Below are positions 26,838 through 40,047 of a stretch of DNA of 64,000 nucleotides, piece after piece. The notes below the pieces were generated by a model that worked only from the letters and a program-made list of their open reading frames with translations, searched no databases and was not told the DNA's origin. Position numbers and translations under genes: made by a program. The stretch spans positions 173,786,001-173,850,000 of the forward strand of contig NC_042998.1 in NCBI RefSeq assembly GCF_006345805.1. The letters run 5' to 3'. Source of the stretch: Octopus sinensis (Eukaryota). Within the stretch, counting starts at the first letter, position 1. Each line of letters begins with the position of its first letter.

Positions 26838-27025
26838 GATGGCAGAATCCTAAGCATACCGCACAAAATGCTTAGCTACATTTCTTCCTGTGTTCTGCGT
26901 TCAAAATTCCGCCGAGATAGACTTTGGCTTCATTCCTTTTAGGGTTGATAAAATAATTACCAGTTGAGCACTGGGGTCGATTTAATAGACTTGCACCTAA
27001 CCCAAAATTTCAGACGTTAAGCTTA
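26838..27025 (+). mobile_element. SINE family B, degenerate
   Basis: gttcaaaattccgccgag...ttgataaaataattaccagttgagcactggggtcgat. Confidence 0.65.
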
Positions 27026-28001
27026 TAATATACAATCTGGCTCATAGTTCACTTTTTCAGAGAAGATTGAAGACATTTCTTTTTTCATTGGGTTGCGAAT
27101 AAAACATCCTAGATGATGTATGCAATATTTGAGAACCGGTTTTATCAAAACCTTGCTCCTGAAAATGAGATTGATACAAATTCTTTTAAAAGAACTAACC
27201 TTGACATCAACATTTTATTACAATTTCTAATTCTTCATTACATTATTATACATTTGAACTTTATAAAGATATTTTCTTACTACCTACTGCTAAGCCAATT
27301 ATCTAGCCATTAGTTTAAGTCATAGTTTGTAATTTTCCGGAAAATTGTGTTAAAGATTAGTATAGATTAGCGTGATGCTGAAGAAAACCAACTCACTAAT
27401 TCAAATAAATTGGTGGGGGGTATTCAATTTTTTGTGCGAAGAAATTGCGCTAGTATTTCGTGAAATATCGAAAAATATTTTAAATGTATTTATGAGTAGT
27501 CATGATACTGAAACTGGAAATCATCTAAGCACAAACAAATATCAATCGTTGAATAGGCCTCCAACTACTGAATGATTCAGCAATCGATTAATTCCATAAT
27601 TACGAACTTTTTAAACTACAAAACAAGGTTATAAACTCGCACATCAAGAAGTTCTACTATAACTGACATATTTAATACTTGTCATAAAAAGCTATAAACT
27701 CAGATATTAAGGTTTTATCATAGCAATTAGAAATTCATTTTCCTTGAGATATTTTCTAAACTTGTGTATAAAAGTTAACCTATAACGATCACACATACAA
27801 CACACTCCAAGGTTAAATAAAATACTTTAAACGTTAATTGTATTTAAGATATATATTTGAAAAACAATCTTGTGAAAAATACAATTTATGATATGAGCAA
27901 CATTAATTTAAAAGGTAAGAGCCTAAGATACGCGGTAGGGTAAAATCTATATGTTATAGTCATACGTTTACCTGTTATGCCATTCTCATTTTTTTTTTTT
28001 T

Positions 28002-28412
28002 TTTACTCTTTTTACTTGTTTCAGTCATTTGACTGCGGCCATGCTGGAGCACCGCCTTTAGTCGAGCAAATCGACCCCGGGACTTATTCTTTGTAAGCCC
28101 AGTACTTATTCTATCAGTCTCTTTTGCCGAACCGCTAAGTGACGGGGACGTAAACACACCAGCATCGGTTGTCAAGCAATGCTAGGGAAACGAACACAGA
28201 CGCACAAACATATTCACACACACTTATATATATATATACATATATACGACAGGCTTCTTTCAGTTTCCGTCTACCAAATCCACTCACAAGGCATTGGTCG
28301 GCCCGGGGCTATAGCAGAAGACACTTGCCCAAGATTCCACGCAGTGGGACTGAACCCGGAACCATGTGGTTGGTTAGCAAGCTACTTACCAAACAGCCAC
28401 TCCTGCGCCTAT
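28002..28412 (-). mobile_element. SINE family A, near full length
   Basis: Reverse-complement head ataggcgcaggagtggctgtttggtaag...gggttcagtccc, with an A-rich tail. Confidence 0.92.
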
Positions 28413-28569
28413 ATATGTAATACTATAAATTGACAACTAATTATATATTTTAAATAATTTAACGAATATTATTAATTGCATAAACAGACACTCTGTAATT
28501 TAAAGAGTCAAGACTAATAACACAATAAAAACTCAGTCACAACAAATCATCGTGAAGCACTTTTTGCAT

Positions 28570-28685
28570 CAAAGGTGCGTAGCGTGTGGTCGTCACATTG
28601 AACATGACAGTTGAGCAGAAAATCTACATTAAATTTTGTCAAAAGCTTGGCGATACATGCTCAGAGGCCTACGCGAGGTTTTCAA
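28570..28685 (+). mobile_element. Mariner transposase N-terminal fragment
   Basis: MTVEQKIYIKFCQKLGDTCSEAYA. Confidence 0.6.
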
Positions 28686-28776
28686 AATTTTTTATCGTTC
28701 TAGACATAATCAAGGATATCTTGTGCAACTGAAACCCGAGTGCATACCGCACAAAATGCTTAGGAATAGAAAAAGT

Positions 28777-28812
28777 CTTTTACGTTTCGTGCCTACGCTC
28801 TTCTACAGAAAG
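28777..28812 (-). ncRNA. Hammerhead-like motif, family E2 (CUGUAGA core), within element ~28765-28890
   Basis: Reverse complement CUUU-CUGUAGA-A-GAGC guag GCAC-GAAA-CG-UA-AAAG. Confidence 0.55.
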
Positions 28813-28887
28813 GTATCAGAAAAACAAGGAGAGAAACAAGGAGAGAGAAAAAAGGTGTGCAGTGGCTAACGATCTATCATGGCGACC

Positions 28888-28972
<85 letters not shown>

Positions 28973-31083
28973 TTTCCCATACGCTTATTCCTTCATTATT
29001 GATTATTAATCAACTTGTCTTCTACATAATCGAACATTCTAAACCTCCTACCCCTGTCTCACTCTCTTACTCTTTCTATAACTCTCTTCATACACTGTTC
29101 AATTCCTTATATTTCATATTTTCTCAGTTTTCAACAATGTCTACAATCTCACTCCTTTTTTTTTCGTTTCATGGCTTTTCCTACAAAAGATACTTTCTTT
29201 ACAATCCCACATTCTCACGTCATTCCATAAAACTATAGACGTTAATAGCAAACGAGTATGATTTGGTTTCATATAACACGCTTACTGTCTTAGTAATATA
29301 AGTATTCGCGAGCCGATATTCCACCTTAGCCCTCTTTGTCTTGACTGAACGAAACATTGGAGATGTATGACAGTCGCAGAAAGAGAGCTTGCTGCACTAA
29401 CGCTTAGATGATACCTATTTTCAGGTGAGTATAGTGAAGTAGCATGAAATGAAGTTCATTCCTTAAGGGGACAACCTGCCATCGCTTCAGGAATTTACTT
29501 CACAACCTTATTATCGTGTTTCCAATATCCTAAATAATAGGCATCGCACCTTCACGTTAATTTCATTTTCCCTCAGTAACGCTCTTACCACATTATCTTC
29601 TAAATTACTTTTAAGAGTGCACACAATATTTTTTCCATCTCAATTCAGCACTTATTGTTAAAGAATCAAAAGATGAAATGTGTTAAATAAATTGAAATTG
29701 TACGGCTGTATTTATTCATTATCGTATTTCTTTACTGGTATGTGTATATATATATGTGTGTGTATGTATATAATATTTATATATACACACATACACACAC
29801 GCATAGACATATATACACATATACACACGTACATGTGTGTTTGCGTATATATGTTTATGGATATAGAGATTGGAAATAGAGATTGAGTTTTGCAAAATAG
29901 AAGTGTCTTACTGCTTCAGAAATTCTATATCATTGAGTGTTTGATAATAACTCTGTTGCATTGTGAAGATGTCGTGTTATCTTTGTCTGATAGGAAATTG
30001 TCGAAAATTGTAATTTTGGATTTCAAAACCAAATTACATTTCTTATTATATGTATTTATTCCTTTATATCAAAGAGTACTTCAGAATAATATTGTTTACT
30101 TGTTTACCAAGGTACAAACAAAATCTGTAGTATTATTTTAAAATAATATTCATTTCTGGAGATCTTAGTATAACTTTTGCTGCTTCCAAACCTTCCACGC
30201 ATATACTCTTCTCCTATACAATACTAACTCACCTGTGATTGCTTTTTCTGTGCGATATAGCAATAGATATCCAACTACAAGACACAACAACCAAACCTTA
30301 CCCCACCGTATTATGCAAGGCAAGTAGAGATTAGATATTGAAGCTGTCTGCTCGAAACAAATAAGCAAATCTGGAAAGCTTCTGATTTCTCGACCAAATT
30401 TTTAGCTGGTACTAAACAACAATAATATGTAGTCCTTTGTTTTGTTAAATCGTTTCATGAAGACTCCTTCATTTACACCTATTTCTGCAAGATGCTAGTT
30501 TTCGATTTTTAATGTACATTATATGTAATAAACTTGTACGTTCTTCTCTCCTTCATATATTAGTGGATTCTCCTATAATATCCGTGGTGTTTCACTCATA
30601 ACTATAGCATATCTAATTCTGCATTCTCAACCTACAACGCATAGGAAACTCTTTCAATAGAAAATATGAAAATGATGCACATAAAAGAGACTAAACAAAT
30701 GAAATATAACAGTAAGATTTATAGTTTCGACAATATGATAGGGCTTCTAGAGAAACAACGTTAAATATTTTCCAGGTTATACCTCGTCTGTTTATAGAAT
30801 GTTAATGGGATAATGCAATGAATAATTTTGTTCAACAAGAAAATGTCTAAACATCATAGGGCTGTTCGGTTAGAACTGAAGTGGAGTTATACAACAATAT
30901 GTGGTCCATAAATTACAGTGTGGTAAAATGAAACTTTTGAATGTTTCTATGTAAAACTATGTGCAATAAGTGTAAAGTCCCGTCCGAGAGTATTACAAGC
31001 CATAACTGCTTAATTAGTGAAAAAGCAGCAGAAAGGACCTTTAGACATTGAAACAATATTATCAGCTATAGTAGGCAAAGACT

Positions 31084-31160
<77 letters not shown>

Positions 31161-31184
31161 TGTATGTGTGTATGTATTACATAC

Positions 31185-31810
31185 ATATAAAAGAGATGAC
31201 CCGTAAGTGGACATCCATTATGCTAGAAGAAGATCCGCGATGGTCTAGCCACTAAGAAAAGAATGTTCTCAATAAAATTTAACAAAACGCCAGAACGCAA
31301 GCGAGCAAGACAACTGAAAAAATACAAAATATAGATTAATCACAAACCAGGTTTCGATGGCAATGTATTACGCAATCATTTACGTAATCATCCGCAAACT
31401 CGTCAGTGTGATCCTCTTAGCAACTACAAATTTCAGAACTATACACGTGACATCCGCATGAGATTGAAAATGTATACAGTTCTACCAATTACAATTGGAG
31501 TTACCTTTCAAAAGCCTTCGTTCTGGCGCGCCAAACCACCGGAAATATTTCTGCATAAAATAATTCTCTGCAGTGAATTTTGCCGGTTAAAGAACATAAC
31601 TATTTAGATTTAAATCTAAAATATTCAGGGTGAATAACTGAATTTCATTAATATCAATTTAAAACCAGTGGTCTTGCATATTTAAAAATCTGATGTTTCA
31701 GAAAAAATTATATTATCTACATACAAAAGGGATGACCCGTAAGTGGACATCCATTATGCTAGAAGAAGATCCGCGATGGTCTAACCACTAGGAAAAGAAT
31801 ATTCTCAAGA
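31185..31810 (-). mobile_element. PLE-type pseudo-LTR unit: ~85 bp direct repeats around an HHR, next to (TA)n
   Basis: Repeats at 31190-31272 and 31726-31808 (gatgacccgtaagtggacatccattatgctagaagaagatccgcgatggtct). A diverged relative lies at about 56183-56280 (+). Confidence 0.65.
31338..31413 (-). ncRNA. Intact type-I hammerhead ribozyme with extended stem II, family G
   Basis: Reverse complement GAUCACA-CUGACGA-G...(auuacguaa/uugcguaau hairpin)...C-GAAA-CC-U-GG-UU-UGUGAUU. Stem I is 7 bp. Confidence 0.8.
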
Positions 31811-33789
31811 AATAGGAGTTCATATCTTGTTATCTCAAATGGACAGTGTGGAGACGTAGATTCTGTGTGCTGTTCATTCAAAGGAGTTTTTTGGTGTAAA
31901 TGAAAGTTTTGAGAATGTATTGGTAGTATTAAGTGAATAGAGAGTGGAGAAGATATGTGTATGTTAAAATGAAGAGAGGGGTCAAAGGAAAAGATGAGAA
32001 AAGGAGGAGAGAAAGAGGAAGTGAAAATGAAATCAAGAAGAGAAAGTAAAAAAAGTGTAAGAAAGGGAAAAAGGAGTGTTAGTTGGTGGTCAAGATATTA
32101 TGTGGGGGATGGGGAGGAGAAGAGGAAGGGTAGGAAGGGATAAGAATGTAAGTAATGAATTTGTGTGAGGTGTATGAGGTGGGGTGATATGTTAGATTGA
32201 CATTAAGGGATGGGTACAGAAAAAGGTATAGGAAGTGTTGAGTAAATGATGGGCTATTTCGACTAAGCGTCATGTCATACCTCTGTTTGGAGTATTCCAG
32301 GTCCTAACCTGTCATGGAAATTGGGAGGTGGGTGCATGGGATTTTTGAACCCACCAAAAAACTGTCAGTGGATATACTCTCTTTTGCGGTAGTCGGCGCT
32401 GCGTCTAACACGACCCATCATCTGATGTATTGACACCTCCATCCGTTTTGTTGTCTACATCACTCACGAAGAAAATTTGGAGGAACAGTGGTTGTTCATT
32501 TGTGGGTAACATGGAAGAAATGACTCGCCCTTGAACTTTGAACGTTGGCGTAAATCCATAATCAACTATCTCCTTAGAAACAACAAACGATATAATTTGA
32601 AATGCAGAGTTATATTATCTGATATTGTTCGGAAAATCCTTTCACTGGATGGAAGTACCTTCCAGAAGATCTATAAGATGTTGAGAAATAGCTATAATGC
32701 TGGCAATCTTACTTTACCGCCTGAGCAACGCATGCTATTAGTTTCATTTGGAAATTTGGGGAAAGCCGCATCTCCTTTCTGTACTGAGACACCATCAGAC
32801 GTCCTGCAGCATGCGTTTGCTGATCTTGAGCAAGTCTAATTGCCCTTTCCTCTTGAGACTGCATTCGACGTGCTGCAGCATGCGTTTACTGATCTTGCGA
32901 AAGACTTGTAGTGATATTATAACGCGCGCTCGCGCACCGACCATTTGTATTTCGCGCGTGTTGGTGGCTTCACCAAGGCACAGAAAGGAAGGGCCCTCTC
33001 GCGCATGCACGAAGCACCGGAAGAAGAACCCCTTTGCCTACGTAGCAGTTAGCCGAGGCAAGGGGGTCGTAAGACGTTGACCACCAGCGTCCAGCAGCAG
33101 CGGGGACTTGGGACCCAGCGATTGAAGGCGACGGTCACGCGTATATTCTCTCTCCGTCAGGGCTTGATTCTAGCAGCAGTCGGCCGAAATACCTTTAACC
33201 AAATTGTTGCCGACCACATTTCAACTTCCCTGTTCGACGCCATCTTGAATCCGTTTCTGTTTTTGGGCTGGACATCGTAAATATTACAATCTATTAACTT
33301 ATAGCGGTGCGCGCCCGAACCTAGGACATCAGATAACACACTTATTGTTATTGTTTACCAAGAAAGAGAATAAAGTAGTTATATGTATATTTTACGTCTG
33401 CGTCTTGTTGTTTCTGACTTGTAGAGAATCTGGATTATTAAAGCAACGGCTAGTGAGTGATTGCTTTGTGCACCCCAAAAGTGCACTAGGATATTCACAT
33501 CACATGAAGTTCTTTATAGACTCCCCTACCTTCTCTCTTGAGACTGCATTTGACGTGCTGCAGCATGCGTTTGCTGATATTGAGGAAGTCTCACTTCCTT
33601 ACTTTCTTGAGACTGTCGCGTTCGGTTTTCTACAATCCTCCTTGCTTTATATTTGTTTCTGCAAATATTACATCTTTTCTTTGGTGGTATCTTTCAATAT
33701 TGTAAACAAAAATTATGAACACAGAAAAAATTGTACATTAATCTCTATCTTTGTAAGTAGCTGTATGTATGTAGTATAAACAATATCAT

Positions 33790-34127
33790 GGTCTAACCAA
33801 AAGTGAAAGAATAAAAATGGAACAATATTTTAACGCTGAAAAAAGTCGGCAGTCAAAAGTGAAAGAATAAAAGTGAGACAATAAGCGTTATCAAAAGTGA
33901 AAGAATGAAAGTGAAACTATTATACCGCTGAAAAAATCGGAAGGGTCACATAGGGGAGGATACAGCTTCCTATATGGGCAAGAACCAAAATTCCCCCACC
34001 CTACAAACTTCCCCGAGTAATGAAAACGCTTCATGCCAAATTTGGTACACATTGATCCAGTGGTTTGGCCGTGCATAGAGGAAACACACACACAAACACA
34101 CACAGTGAATTTTATATATATATAGAT
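33790..34127 (-). mobile_element. Helitron-like 5' terminus with short tandem repeats
   Basis: Three copies of aaaagtgaaagaat, then ccaaatttggt...acacacac...ttttatatatatatagat. The reverse complement begins A|TCTATATAT. Confidence 0.5.
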
Positions 34128-34159
34128 ATATAATTATGTAGCTATATAAATTCTATATA

Positions 34160-34955
34160 CAGGATGCAATGGGTAAATTGTCACCGTCGCTATTTTACAT
34201 TTTAATTTCACGCATGCGCATTGTTTGTGTTTCATTTTATTGACTATATAGTATAGTAGGATCTGTGGGGCACCGTCTGTGAGAAAAACAGCACCATGAC
34301 GCAAGCTCAGGATTGACAATGATCCCTCCATGTCAATCAGGTCCATCGCCAGTGATATGGGAGTGTCTGAGTTTCTTATCAGGCAGGTAGTGCATGAAGA
34401 CATTGGGTATTCCTTATAGAAGATGAGAAAGGGTCAATTTTTATCCCAGCCATCAATAACAAGAGGAAAGACCGTGCTACGAAGCTTTTGAACAAACTCA
34501 AGCATCTCTTCCAACCGAACAAGCTTTGGTTTTTCTCAAACAAGAAAATTTTCTGCCAGAATCAGATGGTGAACACACAGAAAAACCGTGGGCTTGCCGT
34601 GTGCCTACAATATGTACCAAGAGTGACAAAAATCAAACATCCAGTCAACATGTTTGGAGTAGTCACTAGTGATGGCGACGTTATACCTCCGTTCATCTTC
34701 CAACACGCCCTCAGACCCAACATGGGTCAAGAGGATGGCTGCTGGAAGACCCTATGACTGGCAACAGGAATCTGCACCCTGCCACATTAGCAGGAAATCC
34801 AGGGCATGGCTGTCAGACAATTTCTGCGACCACATCACCCCTAATATATAGCCACCTAACTCCCCAGACTGCAACGCCTTTCATTATTATGTGCGGGGCG
34901 CAGTTGAGTGAGAGACGGACAAAACTTCTTGTAACACCAAAGATGCACTGAAGGC
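34160..34955 (+). mobile_element. maT/DD37D-like transposon fragment
   Basis: TA followed by a CAGGATG TIR. Peptides KIKHPVNMFGVVTSDG, WQQESAPCH and PPNSPDCN. Confidence 0.8.
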
Positions 34956-35860
34956 ATTTAGTTCGTTTTGTTCATCCGTTTTGTTCATCCGTTTGCAAAA
35001 ATAAAAGCTAATGATGTTTTAGAATATGGGTATGGCAGAGAACAGAAAGAGAGAGAGAGAGAGATCGTGCAGAATAATGACATTTGCGACAACGATAGCT
35101 ATTAACGGCTACCTAAGATATATGAAGCAATGTCTGTTAGCAAGGTTAATAGAATCATTCTGGAGAGGTGACGCAGTAAATGTGATTAAGATGAAAGCTG
35201 GCTGCAGAAATAATAGCTAGTACAAATTAAGCCAATTTGGAAATAGTTTGGCCCAGATATTTAGCTATGTGATTCAGTTATCACCAACTTTTTTTTTTAT
35301 TTCTGCAAGAGGAAAGAAATGTAGAGGTAGTGTAGTTGCAAGAGCTTGTTAGATATTCCAGCATTATTTGTTTCACTTTTTTTTTCAAATATCACCTCTT
35401 GTTCGGAGAGTTACATAGCATTTTTTACTATAATTATCTTCCCCACATACTGTTTACTCGTCTTATGACAGGTAAATTTGGAAATATACTTCTGCCACCA
35501 TGGGCAATATCAAGAAATATAGCAGATGTACATTAATTTTAATGTTACTATTTTTGCTAAATTTCTCAGCGCTTATACAAAATGATGAAAGCAATTAACA
35601 CCAAAGAGAAATTGCAACAACTTCATAATAGATAAGAAATAATTAAATACGTGATCTATATAAATATTCTTCCTCATATTTCTTAACTGCAAATACAAAT
35701 TTCTAATTGGTATCTCATACTGTGATAATAATGGCAGACCCTAACCTTACTCAAGAAATGAAGAGGCATCAAATCAAATCAAATTTGTTGACAGAAGATC
35801 ACAATGTGCTTAAGCCATGTAAAAAATAATAATACTAAACAGTTATTGTTATATACAATT

Positions 35861-37050
35861 TTATACATAGTCGCCAGAGTTGTCTAGAGTTTCTTTGAAC
35901 AAGGGAGTGGTGGTCAGTTGAATGACATCTTGTGGTAGCTTGTTCCATGGGGCTGTAATACGGACAGAGAATGCGGCTTTTCGCCTGTTGAGTCGAAAGT
36001 GGCCGGGATAGAGTTTGCGATCATACCCATGAAGACCCCTATTCGGCGCAGGGGTGAAAAAACCCGCAAATGGTAGCTTTACATTCCTGTTGAAGATGTT
36101 GAAAGCCAGGATGAGATCTCCCCGATTCCCTCGTCGTTCGAGTGAAGGTAATACCAGCCGTTGGAGACATTCTGCATACGTAAGCTTAGACAAACCTGCG
36201 AACATCCGAGTAGCTAAGTGCTGAACCCGTTTCAATTGCTGTATGTCTTTCTGGAGATATGAGTTTGAGACCTGGATGCAATATTCTAGGATGGATTGAA
36301 ATATAGTGACGTATAAAGGCCGAAAGACGTGCATTGAAATGTTGACAAAGGACGGGCGGATGAGGAATAGATTTCTTCTGGCTTTGTTCGCCGCCTCGAT
36401 ACACTGCCGCGTTGGTTTGAAAGTAGTATCGATCATTATGCCGAGATACTTTTCTTCAGTGACCATTTTAAGATGTTGGTGTTTGAGGCCAATATTCAAG
36501 GGAGAATTTGGAGGTAAAATTATTGGCAAATGGTTGCATTTTGAGGCGTTCAATGGCAGATCCCATTCTTCCGCCCAGTTCCAAGCTCAGTTCAACGACG
36601 ATTGGAGTATGTTTTATTGATTCCTAGGTGAGGCAAGTTTGACATCGTCTGCAAATAGGATGACTCTTCCATCAAGAAAATCTGACAGGTCGTTGATACA
36701 GAGAAGTAAAAGTATTGGCCCCATCACCGACCCCTGGGGAACGCCGCTGCAGGCATTCGTCTCCACAGAGTGATTTCATTTATCTGCATCCGAAAGGTTC
36801 GATGGCTCAGGAAAAAAGAAATCCATGAAGTCATTAATGGGTAAATCTTGTATGCCTGCAGTGTGTGCAAGAGAAGTCGGTGATTAACGGAGTTAAACGC
36901 CTTTGCCAAGTCCAAAAATACCACGTCCACCGAATCTTTTTCATCTATGGTCCTTGTATTCCACACTTCAAGAAGGAGAAGATTTGTTAGGCAAGATCTT
37001 GGGAGTAGAAATCCATGCTGCTAGTCGGATATAGCATTTGAAGTAAGGAG
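35861..37050 (-). mobile_element. CR1-group LINE RT/C-terminal fragment
   Basis: [66 protein letters not shown]. Confidence 0.9.
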
Positions 37051-37067
37051 ATGGTTCATGAGAGATT

Positions 37068-38176
37068 TCTTGACAATGGTCTCCATGATTTTGCAGATGT
37101 TATTGTGGTTATAAAGGCTGAGCATAACGATTTAAAAATAGCTCGATTTTTTAAAGTTGCCAGCTCTTTCGCCTACAAAGTTTGTAAGGAGCTAGAGACT
37201 GAAGACGGAAACGTATCATTATTATCAAAGCATAAAGAGCATTCTAAACACTCCAAAATCATCAGAATACCTGAATTTATCCAACAAATCCAACAAACAA
37301 TTGATTACAATCCCAGAAGTCCATGGCGTCATTTGCAAAATATCTCCATGTGTCAGAAGGAACAGTCAGAATTGTTGTCCAAGAAGACATCGGATATAAG
37401 TCTTATATAATGTGGAAAGGTCAATTTGTCAGAACAGCAAAAGAAAATCACTACCTCAGATCTAAAAGGTTCTAAAACAAATCCAGCAGAAGATCAAAAG
37501 TTAACAGAAGAAATGACAGATGGTCAAGTGCAGACCTTTCTGAAGTTCCAAATGTTATGCATACAAAATTTCCTGCAACTGACATGGTTTTAGGAGTTGT
37601 TAGAAATGAAGGACATGTAATGCTCCTTACTTCTTTCAGCAAGGCTTTAGAGTTAACTCTGCCGCTTACATTGAGGTCCTAGAAATACTCGTAATTGTTA
37701 CCCCTGGGTAGACAGTGTATGCAATGAAAGCCAGATGTGTTTCAATAACACTCTACACTATCACACATGGCTCTAATAACACAGGGATGTAGGCCTGAAA
37801 TTTTTCATGCTCATATAATGCCTAATATTTAACCTCTTATCTCCCCGTATCTCAATCCATTGGATTATTACAGGTGGAGCGTTGTTGAGAGAGAGAACAA
37901 TGAACACGCCCATAACACCAAAGATTCTTTGAAAGCTGCCATAGTCAAAGTAATGTCCAAAATGAACCCGGACCACTTGATTCGAGCATGTAGATGATTT
38001 AGATATCATATAGAAGCGGTTGTTGAAGCTGAAGGTAGCTTTATCGAATAACATTATTGAAGAGAAGGTTTATTTTTATCTTCATAGCACTTTTTGATAA
38101 AGTTATTATCTGATATTATATATCTGTTTTTTCTTTTATAAACATAAATCTGTCCTCAAATATCTTACACACCCTG
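37068..38176 (+). mobile_element. maT/DD37D-like transposon, degenerate
   Basis: KFPAT.MVLGVV and PYLNPLDYY motifs. The right TIR ends caccctg followed by TA. Confidence 0.75.
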
Positions 38177-38287
38177 TATGTATATATATATATATATAGT
38201 TCAAAGTTACGTAAAACAAAAGACGAAGATATGTGCAGGTACAACAAGCAGATGTATTAGTTTAACGCTCGGGGAAAATAGAAAAGT

Positions 38288-38323
38288 CTATTATGTTTCG
38301 AGCCTACGCTCATCGACAGAAAG
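38288..38323 (-). ncRNA. Hammerhead-like motif, family E2 (CUGUCGA core), within element ~38198-38390
   Basis: Reverse complement CUUU-CUGUCGA-U-GAGC guag GCUC-GAAA-CA-UA-AUAG. Confidence 0.5.
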
Positions 38324-38437
38324 GATTAAGAGGTAAAAAATAGAGAGAGAAAAAGATGTGCAGAGTTCAAAGCTACAACATGGCGAGATGAATGAAAAAA
38401 GAGGCTACATGAAAATGAGACAACAATAATAATAATA

Positions 38438-38479
<42 letters not shown>

Positions 38480-38712
38480 GTGCATTGGGCATGATAAAAA
38501 AATATTCAGACAAATACATAACAAAATCACCAGACTTACAAACACATATAACATACAGAAAATTGCACTACTAGGCACTGCACACATCCTACGCAGAACA
38601 CTTTCCATACAATAACCATCAGAGCATCACAACAAATCACAGCACATACCCAAGGCACACAGAGCTGCGCTCGGTAGTGAAGTGAAAGTACACTATAAAA
38701 ATGAAACTACTG
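38480..38712 (+). mobile_element. Short 3' end of R4/Dong LINE inside a (TAA)n tract
   Basis: ALGMIKK... then NIQKIALLGTAHILRRTLSIQ*, the C-terminus of a restriction-like endonuclease. (TAA)n lies on both sides. Confidence 0.85.
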
Positions 38713-39307
38713 AAAAAAAAATAAATAAATAATAATAATAATAACAATAATAATAATAACAATAACGGTGACTCCCAATGAACTAAGGTACGCAAGCGTG
38801 TGTGTATGTATGTGAAAATGGTGTGTATGTGTGAATGGGGCGATTGAATACGTTTGTCCGGAAGCTGTGTCTGTGTATGGACCTGTGTATGCATGTGAAC
38901 ATGTGAGTGTGCGTATGCACGTGTGTATATGTGTGAGGCTAATGTGTGTTTGTGTTGATGTGTAGCAGTTGATGTGTGCTTGTTCAGGTGGTGTGTGCAC
39001 GTGCGTATGTGTGTTTATGTCTGTGACCAAATAGTGTGCATGAGTATAGTGTATTTTTATGGGTGAAAGTTATCTTTGTCTATGCGTGTTGCGTGTGTAT
39101 GTATATATTGTCAGTGTTCAGGTATTACGTGCTTTTGTGCATGTGGGTTGTCCATGATGGTGTGTGGTGTGTCTACTGAGGTAAACAGTGTGTGTGGCTG
39201 CTCATATAGTGGTATGTGTAGTGGCGCTATTGAAGGTTGTGTGTGAGTGTGTGGATAATGTGTGATGTGGGTGTAATGGTGTGTGAAATAAGTAATGAGT
39301 TGATGTG

Positions 39308-39357
<50 letters not shown>

Positions 39358-39705
39358 CTAAGAGTGGAAAATTTGGTCGGAGGAATTTGGTCTTTATCTG
39401 AAAATAAATACATATTCTCTATATGAATATACATTGTAAATCCAATCCGGTAATGAAGCACCTGTAACATGGAATTAAAGTAGTACTAACTCTTCCACTC
39501 TTGTTTTAATATACACTCACTTTGCAAATATGATTTACAACAGATTTCGACTCGAATATATATCTCATTTAAAGTACATCTATACAAACTTTGTTTACTG
39601 GAACTTGCTAATGTGCTTGGATTGTGACCCTTTCTATATCATATACATAGAGATAGACACACACACACACACAACACACACACACACACCACACACACAC
39701 ACCAC

Positions 39706-39742
<37 letters not shown>

Positions 39743-39755
39743 ATATATATATATT

Positions 39756-39982
39756 TCTTTACTACCCACAAGGAGCTAAACACAGAGGGGACAAACAAGG
39801 ACAGACAAACGGATTAAGTCGATTACATCGACCCCAATGCGTAACTGGTACTTAATTTATCGACCCCGAAAGGATGAAAGGCAAAATCGACCTCGGTGGA
39901 CTTTGAACTCGGAACGTAACGACAGATGAAATACGGCTACGCATTTCGCCCGGCGCGCTAACGTTTCTGCCAGCTGGCCGCC
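39756..39982 (-). mobile_element. SINE family B
   Basis: Closely similar to 24685-24917. Confidence 0.9.

Positions 39983-40047
<65 letters not shown>

Noticed and set aside
32786-33600. Spaced direct repeats resembling a CRISPR array
   Set aside because: There are only three degenerate copies, irregularly spaced, in a eukaryotic context with no cas genes.
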